Assembly: GCA_964496425.1 (NCBI GenBank)
Contig: CAZBZO010000006.1
Coordinates: 1,190 to 64,377, forward strand
Source of the DNA: an uncultured Candidatus Saccharibacteria bacterium
GTDB taxonomy: Bacteria > Patescibacteriota > Minisyncoccia > Phycocordibacterales > UBA9973
Reading direction: 5' to 3'
Length of the DNA: 63,188 nt
Both the position numbers and the translations under genes were made by a program. Under the pieces are notes generated by a model. It saw nothing but the letters and a program-made list of their open reading frames with translations. It searched no databases and was not told the origin of the DNA. Shown here one piece after another: positions 55,807 through 63,188 of this stretch; the first letter of the stretch is position 1, and each line of letters starts with the position of its first letter.

Positions 55807-55873
55807 GGGTACTAGTATATCAAAAAAAAAGAAAGCCAAGGCTATGCCGCGGCTTTCTTGCAAATAATAAGAT

Positions 55874-56302
55874 TTAGTCTTCAAAAACTTCAACTTCGTG
55901 CTTCTTTTTTACAAATTCAGTAAATTTTCCAATATACCGAGTGGCACGAACGACGTGATTGTCGATCCAGTGATAATTACCACCACGGGGTTTCCCCATC
56001 AGCATACCGTGGTATTTGAAGCCACATTGCTTCAGCCAAGTTTCTGTAATATCACGCAAGCTTTCAGTACGAGAGGTAAAGAAATAGATCACATGGCCTT
56101 CGTCATACCATTTATTGATGATTTGCAATGCATCCGGGAATGGTTCGCAGGTCACCATTCGTTCGGGCTGCTCGTTGGGAATATCATCGGTGATGGTACC
56201 ATCGATATCAATTAAAAAATTTTTTATCTCTTCTTTCAGAACCGGACTTACCGATTCACCTTGTTGGTCTAATTGTTGCAGGAAATCGGTTGTAGGGTTC
56301 AT
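55874..56302 (-). CDS. HAD-superfamily phosphatase (capsule-phosphatase-like)
   Basis: FLIDIDGTI, FFTSR, MGKPRGG, WIDN. Confidence 0.8.
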   Translation of the reverse strand: MNPTTDFLQQLDQQGESVSPVLKEEIKNFLIDIDGTITDDIPNEQPERMVTCEPFPDALQIINKWYDEGHVIYFFTSRTESLRDITETWLKQCGFKYHGMLMGKPRGGNYHWIDNHVVRATRYIGKFTEFVKKKHEVEVFED

Positions 56303-56417
56303 ATTTTAGGGGGTTGGTTTTGAATGAAAATAAAAAATCAGCTCCGAGAAAAGGAGCTGTGCTGTCGTTTGCGTATTTTATACCATATTTAGTCCCGAAC
56401 TCACAAATATGATATTT

Positions 56418-57689
56418 CTACTTTACATATCGCGCGAGAAACTCATGTTTAAACTCAGAAAAAGTATCATCAACGATGTTCTGACGCATTTTTGCCACCA
56501 AGCCGACTATAAAATGCACATTGTGGATCGAGGCCAAAGTGCCTCCAAGCATTTCTTTACCATGAAACATATGAGCGACATATGCGCGAGTGAATCCTTT
56601 GCATGTATAGCATTCGCAATCTGCTTCTATCGGCGTGAAGTCATTTCGATATTTCGTGTTGGTAATACTGATTTTCCCTTCTTTGGTATAGATCGTGCCG
56701 TTACGGCCGAGTCGGGTCGGCACCACGCAGTCAAAAAGGTCGACGCCATTTTCTACTCCCATAAAAAGATCCTCTGGCTCACCAATACCAAGCAGATGCC
56801 GTGGCTTATCTTCCGGCAATATTTCATTCACCCACTTCACTGCTGTTTCCATATCCTCTTTGGCGAATGACCCGCCAATACCAAAGCCGTCAAAATATTT
56901 TCCGTCAATATTCATTTCGGAAATAACCTGTGCAGACTTTTTGCGAAGCACTTCTTCACGCCCACCTTGAACAATACCAAAAAGAGCTTGGGGTTCGGGA
57001 AGAACATTTTGTGAAGATCGATGATCGAGCCGAGCCTCTTCCAACTTTTTATGCTCTGATAAACACCGCCTGGCCCATGCATGCGTGCGATCGAGCGCCT
57101 CTTCTTGATAGCGCAGGTCTTCAGCCGGCGAGGTACATTCATCAAAAGCAAAAATAATATCAGCCCCAAGATTGTGCTGGATCTGGATCGATTTTTCAGG
57201 CGTAATGTAATGCATACTGCCATCGAGATGAGATTTGAAAGAGACGCCGTCAGAGCCAATGTTGGCAAGTCGCGGCGCGTCAGAGTCATCAAACCGTTCC
57301 GGAATCAAAAGTGATGGATCAGTAATTTTTACCACTTTAGAAATATCTTTGCCGTAGGCTGCCCCGAGTGAAAAGACTTGAAAACCTCCGGAATCAGTCA
57401 TCGTCGGACCGATCGTACCGTCTTTTGAGCGCCAGTTCATAAAGCGACCGAGGCCGCCGGCGTCTCGTACGATTTCATCTCCTGGTTGGAGGTATAAATG
57501 ATATGTATTTGAAAGCACGACTTCTGCGCCTTCAGCTTCCACTTGGCTCGGATTGAGTGATTTCACCGTAGCCTTGGTACCCACGGTCACAAACGCCGGC
57601 GTCTGTATGATTCCATGAGGAGTCGTAAGTACTCCTGCCCGGCCGAGCTTGCCATCCATTTTTTTTATAATATCAAAACCAAATTTCAC
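56418..57689 (-). CDS. tgt: tRNA-guanine transglycosylase
   Basis: TPAFV.VGT, NTYHL, TDSGGFQ, GIVQGG, HLLG, DLFDC, CECYTC...H; GTG start overlaps the mreC stop. Confidence 0.95.
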   Translation of the reverse strand: MKFGFDIIKKMDGKLGRAGVLTTPHGIIQTPAFVTVGTKATVKSLNPSQVEAEGAEVVLSNTYHLYLQPGDEIVRDAGGLGRFMNWRSKDGTIGPTMTDSGGFQVFSLGAAYGKDISKVVKITDPSLLIPERFDDSDAPRLANIGSDGVSFKSHLDGSMHYITPEKSIQIQHNLGADIIFAFDECTSPAEDLRYQEEALDRTHAWARRCLSEHKKLEEARLDHRSSQNVLPEPQALFGIVQGGREEVLRKKSAQVISEMNIDGKYFDGFGIGGSFAKEDMETAVKWVNEILPEDKPRHLLGIGEPEDLFMGVENGVDLFDCVVPTRLGRNGTIYTKEGKISITNTKYRNDFTPIEADCECYTCKGFTRAYVAHMFHGKEMLGGTLASIHNVHFIVGLVAKMRQNIVDDTFSEFKHEFLARYVK

Positions 57690-58486
57690 TGTGATGTTCC
57701 TTTTTTTATTTCCACAAACGAAAGCGCTTGGATGTTTGTTGGAGAAAGTAGTAATACCTTTTGGTACGGATCACGCGGATCAGAAATGACTTCCCCGACT
57801 GTCGCTACTACAGATGGAGTAAGGGCGAACGACACTATTTCATCTCCGGGCAAAAGTACCAGATCACGAGCAACGGTCACTTCAAAACTACCGCCACCGC
57901 GACCGACGAGATCCAGATCAATACCAGAGGCTGCATGACGGGCTAAAAAATGTTCCCCAGCAGTTGAATATAAAGTGGCAAGCGAACTATTTTTGTCGAC
58001 GTTTTGAATTCGCCCGAGTAAAATACTGCCAAACGCATAGACTTCATCTCCTGGAGAAACACCATCATTCTCTCCAATATCAAGCACCAGAGTATCGTAG
58101 AGCGAGCGTGGCGGTCGAACTAAGATTTTTGCAAGCACAAATACACCTTCAGGCTTGCGACCAAAAGCTTCTTTGAGGGCGGCATTCTCAATAGCAAGAA
58201 CATCGCGGTCAAATGCTCGAAGTTCAGCTTGTAAAAGATCTTCACGCAAACGCGCATTTTCTTCAGAAAGATGGGCTTTTGATTTCCACGTAACAGCAAT
58301 GCTTGAAAATCCATTCCCGATGCGATCTTCAAACCACCAGAGCGGCCGGCCAATACCGCGAGCAGTTGCTCCGAGCGATGACACAATAGTTGTGTATGCC
58401 AAAAGTATAAACAAAAAACAGCCAAGGAGTATAAGTCCAGCTTTTATTTTTCGATCGCGAGATTTTTTAATGCGGAGGTAGCTCAT
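57686..58486 (-). CDS. mreC: rod shape-determining protein MreC
   Basis: TM helix, coiled coil (LSEENARLRE, ENAALKE), LDIGENDGV, LLGRI; downstream of mreB. Confidence 0.88.
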   Translation of the reverse strand: MSYLRIKKSRDRKIKAGLILLGCFLFILLAYTTIVSSLGATARGIGRPLWWFEDRIGNGFSSIAVTWKSKAHLSEENARLREDLLQAELRAFDRDVLAIENAALKEAFGRKPEGVFVLAKILVRPPRSLYDTLVLDIGENDGVSPGDEVYAFGSILLGRIQNVDKNSSLATLYSTAGEHFLARHAASGIDLDLVGRGGGSFEVTVARDLVLLPGDEIVSFALTPSVVATVGEVISDPRDPYQKVLLLSPTNIQALSFVEIKKGTSQ

Positions 58487-59513
58487 CTTCAGTGTTAAGT
58501 AATAAGTCGCGATAATATGGCACATCATCGAGCACTACACCGGTGCCGCGTGCGACTGCAGTCAGCGGATCTTCAGCAACATAAATCGGGATTTTCAATG
58601 CTTGTGCCAGCATGCTGTCGAGTCCGCCGATCATAGCTCCGCCACCGACAAGCACAATGCCACGATGCATCACATCTGAGAGGATTTCCGGTGGTGTGGT
58701 TTCAAGTACTTCTTTGACTCCATCAACGAGATTGTTGATCGAAGGCGCTATGGCTTCACGGATATCTGAATCCGTAATAATCACTTCTCGCGGCAGTCCG
58801 GTGACGAGGTCTCGCCCGCGGACTTCTGCTTCTACATATGCTCCGGGAATCACTGAACCGATCGCTACTTTGACGTTTTCTGCAGTTTTTTCACCGATCA
58901 AGAGTTTAAATTCGTCACGCAAATATGTAATGATGTCGTTGTTGAGTCGATCTCCGGCGATTTTCAAATTGCTTGAGCGCACGATTCCACCAAGCGAGAT
59001 CACCGCCACATCAGTGGTACCGCCGCCGATATCAATAATCATTGAGCCCACAGGATCTTTGACAGGCAAACGAATACCAATCGCTGCCGCCATAGGCTCT
59101 TCGATCACGTAAACTTCCCGCGCACCTGCGGAACGAGCCGCATCGTAGACAGCGCGGATCTCAACGTTGGTCACGCCGGACGGCACGCCCACAACCACAC
59201 GCGGACGGAAAAATTTCTTGGATATTTTTTCCGTCTTGCCGATCAAATACGACAACATTTCTTCGGTGACTTCAAAATCAGAAATAACTCCTTCCACAAC
59301 CGGTCGTACTGCTTTGATATGGCCCGGAGTGCGACCAATCATTTGTTTTGCTTCCATGCCGACGGCTACGATCTGGCCGGTTTTTTGGTTGACCGCCACG
59401 ACGGACGGCTCATTGATCACAATGCCGTGGCCGCGCAAATACACCAAGGTATTTGCAGTCCCGAGGTCGATACCAATGTCATTTGAAAATAATTCGTAGA
59501 TTTTTTTGAACAT
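58467..59513 (-). CDS. mreB: rod shape-determining protein MreB
   Basis: DIGIDLGTANT, EEPMAAAIG, IDIGGGTTD, GGGA. Confidence 0.97.
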   Translation of the reverse strand: MFKKIYELFSNDIGIDLGTANTLVYLRGHGIVINEPSVVAVNQKTGQIVAVGMEAKQMIGRTPGHIKAVRPVVEGVISDFEVTEEMLSYLIGKTEKISKKFFRPRVVVGVPSGVTNVEIRAVYDAARSAGAREVYVIEEPMAAAIGIRLPVKDPVGSMIIDIGGGTTDVAVISLGGIVRSSNLKIAGDRLNNDIITYLRDEFKLLIGEKTAENVKVAIGSVIPGAYVEAEVRGRDLVTGLPREVIITDSDIREAIAPSINNLVDGVKEVLETTPPEILSDVMHRGIVLVGGGAMIGGLDSMLAQALKIPIYVAEDPLTAVARGTGVVLDDVPYYRDLLLNTEDELPPH

Positions 59514-59523
59514 ACACGGAAGT

Positions 59524-60774
59524 CTACTTCACTTCATTTAATAATTCTTCTTCGGTAACAATTTTTCCTTTTTCTTCCGCTCGCTTTTTGAGCTCATAGC
59601 CGCCATCTTTCAAACTGCGCTCTGAAACAACGACTCGATATGGCATACCCAAAAGGTCAGCATCTGCAAACTTCTCTCCTGCACTCACCTCACTCCGATC
59701 GTCAAAAAGTACTTCAATATTTTTTGAAGTGAGATTTTGATATAGCAATTCTGCTGCCTCGCGAACTTCATCTTTGTCGCCCAATGCGAGGAGATGCACT
59801 TGAAATGGAGCGATCGACTCTGGCCAAATAATACCTTTGTCATCAGAGAGTACTTCGACAACCGTGCCCATGAGCCGAGCAGGGCCAATCCCATAACAAC
59901 CCATGATAGCTTCTACTTTATCTCCGGCCTCTGTTGCGAAAGTAAGATCATGAGCCTTTGTATATCGCGTGCCAAGCGTAAAAATATTGCCGACTTCAGC
60001 CGCACGAGTTTCAACGAGTTTTTCTTTATGTAAACCAAGGCTTTCAATTACATCATCCGTATACACTTCTTTATTGACGGCGACGCCTTTTGATTCATCG
60101 ATATATATTGTGTCTTCTCCCGCACCAGTAATAGTCTGAAATTCATGAGAAAACTTTGCAAACACTCCGCCGGATGCAGTCGTCAGATAGGTGACATGCC
60201 CGATACCTACACGCTTAAAAATTTTCTTGTAGGCTTCAGTCGCTACTTCATAAAACGCATCGTGTTCACTCTGATCTTTGGAAAACGAATACATATCTTT
60301 CATCACGAATTCTCTGGTACGCATAATACCGCTTTTCGCTCGCGTTTCGTTGCGAAATTTGGTTTGAAATTGATAGAGGGCTTTCGGAAGGTCACGATAG
60401 GAGCTGACATACTCTTTAAGGATTTTTGTCACCATGCCTTCGTGCGACCATCCGAGTCCTACTTCAGTATCATTTTTTAGTTTTGTTTTAAACCAAATAT
60501 CCACCGCCTCATCACTCCATTGATCAGTCGGTTCCCACGTCGATCGTTCTTGGAGGGACGCCATAGTGATCTCTTGACCACCGATCGCATCCATTTCTTC
60601 ACGGATAATACCTATGATTTTGTTGAGCACTCGCAAGCCAAGTGGCAAATATGAGTACACACCGGCCATTTCTTTATGAATAAAACCGGCTTTAATCAAA
60701 AGCTCGGCGTTTTTGGAGACCTCGTCAGCTGGGTTCTCTTTTTTGGTTTTTGTAAAAAGTTGAGATTGTTTCAT
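59524..60774 (-). CDS. proS: prolyl-tRNA synthetase (short form, no INS editing domain)
   Basis: QFQTKFRNE, MRTREF.MKD.YSF, EVGNIF, MGCYGIG, anticodon-binding domain. Confidence 0.95.
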   Translation of the reverse strand: MKQSQLFTKTKKENPADEVSKNAELLIKAGFIHKEMAGVYSYLPLGLRVLNKIIGIIREEMDAIGGQEITMASLQERSTWEPTDQWSDEAVDIWFKTKLKNDTEVGLGWSHEGMVTKILKEYVSSYRDLPKALYQFQTKFRNETRAKSGIMRTREFVMKDMYSFSKDQSEHDAFYEVATEAYKKIFKRVGIGHVTYLTTASGGVFAKFSHEFQTITGAGEDTIYIDESKGVAVNKEVYTDDVIESLGLHKEKLVETRAAEVGNIFTLGTRYTKAHDLTFATEAGDKVEAIMGCYGIGPARLMGTVVEVLSDDKGIIWPESIAPFQVHLLALGDKDEVREAAELLYQNLTSKNIEVLFDDRSEVSAGEKFADADLLGMPYRVVVSERSLKDGGYELKKRAEEKGKIVTEEELLNEVK

Positions 60775-60821
60775 GGCGTATTGATACTAACGCAAAACGC
60801 CTTATTTTACAACTCTATTAC

Positions 60822-60850
60822 TTGCACACATCACATTTTTCTGCTATAGT
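60822..60850 (+). promoter_or_regulatory. rpsB-tsf promoter TTGCAC-N17-TATAGT (extended -10)
   Basis: 17-nt spacer, TGC extension, followed by a structured leader of about 145 nt. Confidence 0.65.
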
Positions 60851-61000
60851 GCCGAAGCATACCGTGGCCCGAAATCGAGGGCTGTAGAGTCCGTATTTCG
60901 ATATTTTATTTAAATATTGAGAGACGGAATAAAGCTGTAATGCTTAAAAACGGATTGCCTCCCGTCGAACGGAGAATAATTAATACGTAGATACATACAT

Positions 61001-61693
61001 ATGGATCCTATTATTGAAGCAATGTTTACTGCGGGCGCTCACTTTGGATATTCCAAGAGCCGCCGCCACCCATCAACCGCCAAATTTATTTTTGGTAACA
61101 AAAACAAGGTTGATATTATTGATTTAGAAAAAACCAACACACTTCTGTCCGAAGCACTCGCCTTCATACAAAACCTCGCCGCGAGTGGAAAGCAAATTCT
61201 CTTGGTAGGTGTGAAACCTGAAGCCAAGCAAGCTATTGTTCGCACTGCAGTAGCGCTTGAAATGCCATACGTCAGCGAACGATGGGTAGGCGGAATACTC
61301 ACCAACTTTTCAGAAGTCAAAAAGCGCATTACCCGATTGGAAGAGCTCCGTAAGCAAAAAGAAAACGGCGAGCTCGAAAAATACACAAAAAAGGAGCAGC
61401 TCTTGATCGATGAGGAAATCGTGCGAATGGAGAAATTTTTCGCAGGTCTTGTATCACTCAAAAAAATGCCCGATGCAGTTTTCGTCATTGATCCACGTCG
61501 CGAACATATCGCTGTTGAAGAATCAAAGAAAATGGGCATTCCAGTCATCGCACTTGGTAGCACAGACTGCAACATGAGTATCGTCGACTTCCCTATTATC
61601 GCGAACGACGGCGCGGTATCGAGTATCGATTTCTTCATGAATACCGTCAAAGACGCATACGAAGGCAGCAAGCAAACCACACCAAAAGCGTAA
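61001..61693 (+). CDS. rpsB: 30S ribosomal protein S2
   Basis: AGAHFG, IIDLEKT, VGVK, RWVGGILTN, NDGA. Confidence 0.97.
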   Translation: MDPIIEAMFTAGAHFGYSKSRRHPSTAKFIFGNKNKVDIIDLEKTNTLLSEALAFIQNLAASGKQILLVGVKPEAKQAIVRTAVALEMPYVSERWVGGILTNFSEVKKRITRLEELRKQKENGELEKYTKKEQLLIDEEIVRMEKFFAGLVSLKKMPDAVFVIDPRREHIAVEESKKMGIPVIALGSTDCNMSIVDFPIIANDGAVSSIDFFMNTVKDAYEGSKQTTPKA

Positions 61694-61729
61694 AACCTTA
61701 TTATTTTATTTAAAAATTTCATTATATAT

Positions 61730-62506
61730 ATGACTATCACAACAGAGATGATCAAGGATTTGAGAGACCAGACTGGTGTCTCAGTCATGCAATGCAAAAA
61801 GGCGCTTGAAGAAGCAGGGGGTGATATGGAAAAAGCGCTCATGATTTTGAAAAAGAAATCGAGCGAAGTTGCAGCTAAAAAATCTGACCGTGAGGTACAT
61901 GACGGACTCGTTGTCATAAAAAAGAGTCCCGGCCATGCTGCGATGCTCGTCCTTAAATGTGAAACTGACTTCGTTGCCAAGAATGCCGACTTCATTGCCC
62001 TCTCTGAAGCTCTCGCGACCACTTTGCTTGAAGATGGAGCTGATGAAACCCAAACCAAAGCTCCCGAAATGATTGGTCCAGTTATTCAGAAAATCGGAGA
62101 GAACATTGTGCTCGGTGACCTCGTACGTATCGAAGGCCAAAATCTTGGCACGTATGTCCACAACGGAAAGTCAGGCGTCATTGCAACACTCGAAGGAGGC
62201 GATGAAACTCTGGCTAAGGACATTGCAATGCATATTGCGGCCATGAAACCTGAATATCTCGATAAAAGTCAAATCGAAGGATCGAAAGTGAATCTCGCGA
62301 AAGAACTCTTCAGTGAAGAAGTAGAGAAGTCAGACAAGCCAGCTGATATTAAAGAAAAAATGCTCGCTGGAAAAATCGATTCATATTTTAAAGAGTTGAC
62401 GCTGCTCGACCAGATGTTTATCAAGGATGGCAATCTTTCGATTGGCAACCTGCTTAAAAACAAGAACGCTAAAGTACTTTCATTTGTACGCTATACGCTC
62501 GGCTAA
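61730..62506 (+). CDS. tsf: elongation factor Ts
   Basis: IKDLRDQTG..VMQCKKAL, LKCETDFVAKN, KIGENI, DIAMHIAA. Confidence 0.97.
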   Translation: MTITTEMIKDLRDQTGVSVMQCKKALEEAGGDMEKALMILKKKSSEVAAKKSDREVHDGLVVIKKSPGHAAMLVLKCETDFVAKNADFIALSEALATTLLEDGADETQTKAPEMIGPVIQKIGENIVLGDLVRIEGQNLGTYVHNGKSGVIATLEGGDETLAKDIAMHIAAMKPEYLDKSQIEGSKVNLAKELFSEEVEKSDKPADIKEKMLAGKIDSYFKELTLLDQMFIKDGNLSIGNLLKNKNAKVLSFVRYTLG

Positions 62507-62512
62507 TACTGT

Positions 62513-62911
62513 ATGTGGGTACTCATTATCTTATTCGCCATAGCGCTCATAAGTATCACAGTGATATTTATAACGGCATACTGGAAAATCAAAACGGGTA
62601 AACGCATTCCTACTGAAACAAGAAACACCTGGATAGAACTTCGACCAGACAGCATAAAAAGCGAACTCAAGGAACAAAGTCGTTTTTACATACACCGCCT
62701 CGTTCTCTTTTTGCTGAAGCTTTGGATACGATGTGCCTACTTTATCCGTAAACAAGAACAAACAGTACGTACCCGTCTGACTTCCTATCTCCACAGCAAT
62801 GCCCAAAAAATGAATGAAGGTCGCACACGGCCGGTATCAAAATTTTTGAAGCACATTAGTGACCACAAAGAAGGCACAAAAACAGAGGATACAGATGGGT
62901 TGGTGAAATAA
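62513..62911 (+). CDS. hypothetical membrane-anchored basic protein
   Basis: N-terminal TM helix, 6 nt after the tsf stop. Confidence 0.7.
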   Translation: MWVLIILFAIALISITVIFITAYWKIKTGKRIPTETRNTWIELRPDSIKSELKEQSRFYIHRLVLFLLKLWIRCAYFIRKQEQTVRTRLTSYLHSNAQKMNEGRTRPVSKFLKHISDHKEGTKTEDTDGLVK

Positions 62912-62939
62912 AAAAATATGGTAGGATAGTGTGGTAGTT

Positions 62940-62993
62940 TTGCCGCCTTAGCTGTCCCTGCCTACCGGCAGGCAGGTTGGGAGATAACAACAC
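62940..62993 (+). pseudogene. degenerate 5' half-copy of tRNA-Thr interrupted by a 20-bp palindrome
   Basis: ttgccgccttagct identical to 63001-63014; then cctgcctaccggcaggcagg; then ttgg-g-aga-taa-caacac versus ttgg-t-aga-g-caacac in the tRNA. Confidence 0.65.
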
Positions 62994-63002
62994 AATATAA
63001 TT

Positions 63003-63075
63003 GCCGCCTTAGCTCAGTTGGTAGAGCAACACTTTTGTAAAGTGAAGGTCCTCGGTTCAAGTCCGAGAGGCGGCT
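63003..63075 (+). tRNA. tRNA-Thr(TGT)
   Basis: GCCGCCT/AGGCGGC acceptor stem, loop TTTGTAA, GGTTCAAGTCC T-arm. Confidence 0.95.
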
Positions 63076-63098
63076 CAGGAATGAAGTGACGAGCGTAC

Positions 63099-63160
63099 TC
63101 AACAAGCAAACTGCTTTGCTTGTGTTCAGCTTGAACACCGGAGCGATATTTCGCAGCAGC
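63099..63160. repeat. multi-hairpin element downstream of tRNA-Thr
   Basis: acaagcaaa-ctgc-tttgcttgt, gtgttca-gct-tgaacac, tttcgc-AGCA-gcgaaa. Confidence 0.5.
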
Positions 63161-63188
63161 GAAAGACGCGAGGTGGTGCCCAGACAAA

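Noticed and set aside
2-62806. Numerous short ORFs antisense to or overlapping real genes (for example 61039..62058, 7148..7798, 18645..19211, 58612..59112)
   Set aside because: They are shadows of well-supported genes, with no motifs or initiation signals

Overview
A 63 kb chromosomal window, most likely from a Patescibacteria/CPR (Parcubacteria-like) bacterium. This is inferred from the short ProS and UvrC, DUF5667 anti-sigma, solo VirD4-like ATPases, Cys-rich CPR-type proteins and tRNAs without encoded CCA. Core genes, mostly on the minus strand: udg, ndh, gdhA, guaA, a ddl-like gene, uvrC/A/B, tgt, mreBC, proS, rpsB-tsf, tRNA-Ala(GGC), tRNA-Ala(TGC) and tRNA-Thr(TGT). Accessory content: (1) three tandem Cys-rich zinc-ribbon paralogs between two VirD4/TraD-like ATPases, with a CxxC-x17-CxxC domain shared with one ATPase; (2) a bacillithiol-type bshA-bshB1-bshC-like cluster with a half-size BshC; (3) accreted DNA at the 3' end of tRNA-Ala(TGC), comprising a 3.8 kb att-flanked island with an ATPase-TOPRIM gene and an adjacent block with two Xre HTH genes, a CsoR-CopA copper operon and a repeat-tailed SF2 helicase. 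Non-coding signals: a dispersed palindromic element whose structure is conserved by covariation, heptamer repeats, a palindrome-interrupted 5' half-copy of tRNA-Thr, and many apparently leaderless gene starts. All functional calls come from motif recognition by eye; no database search was run.
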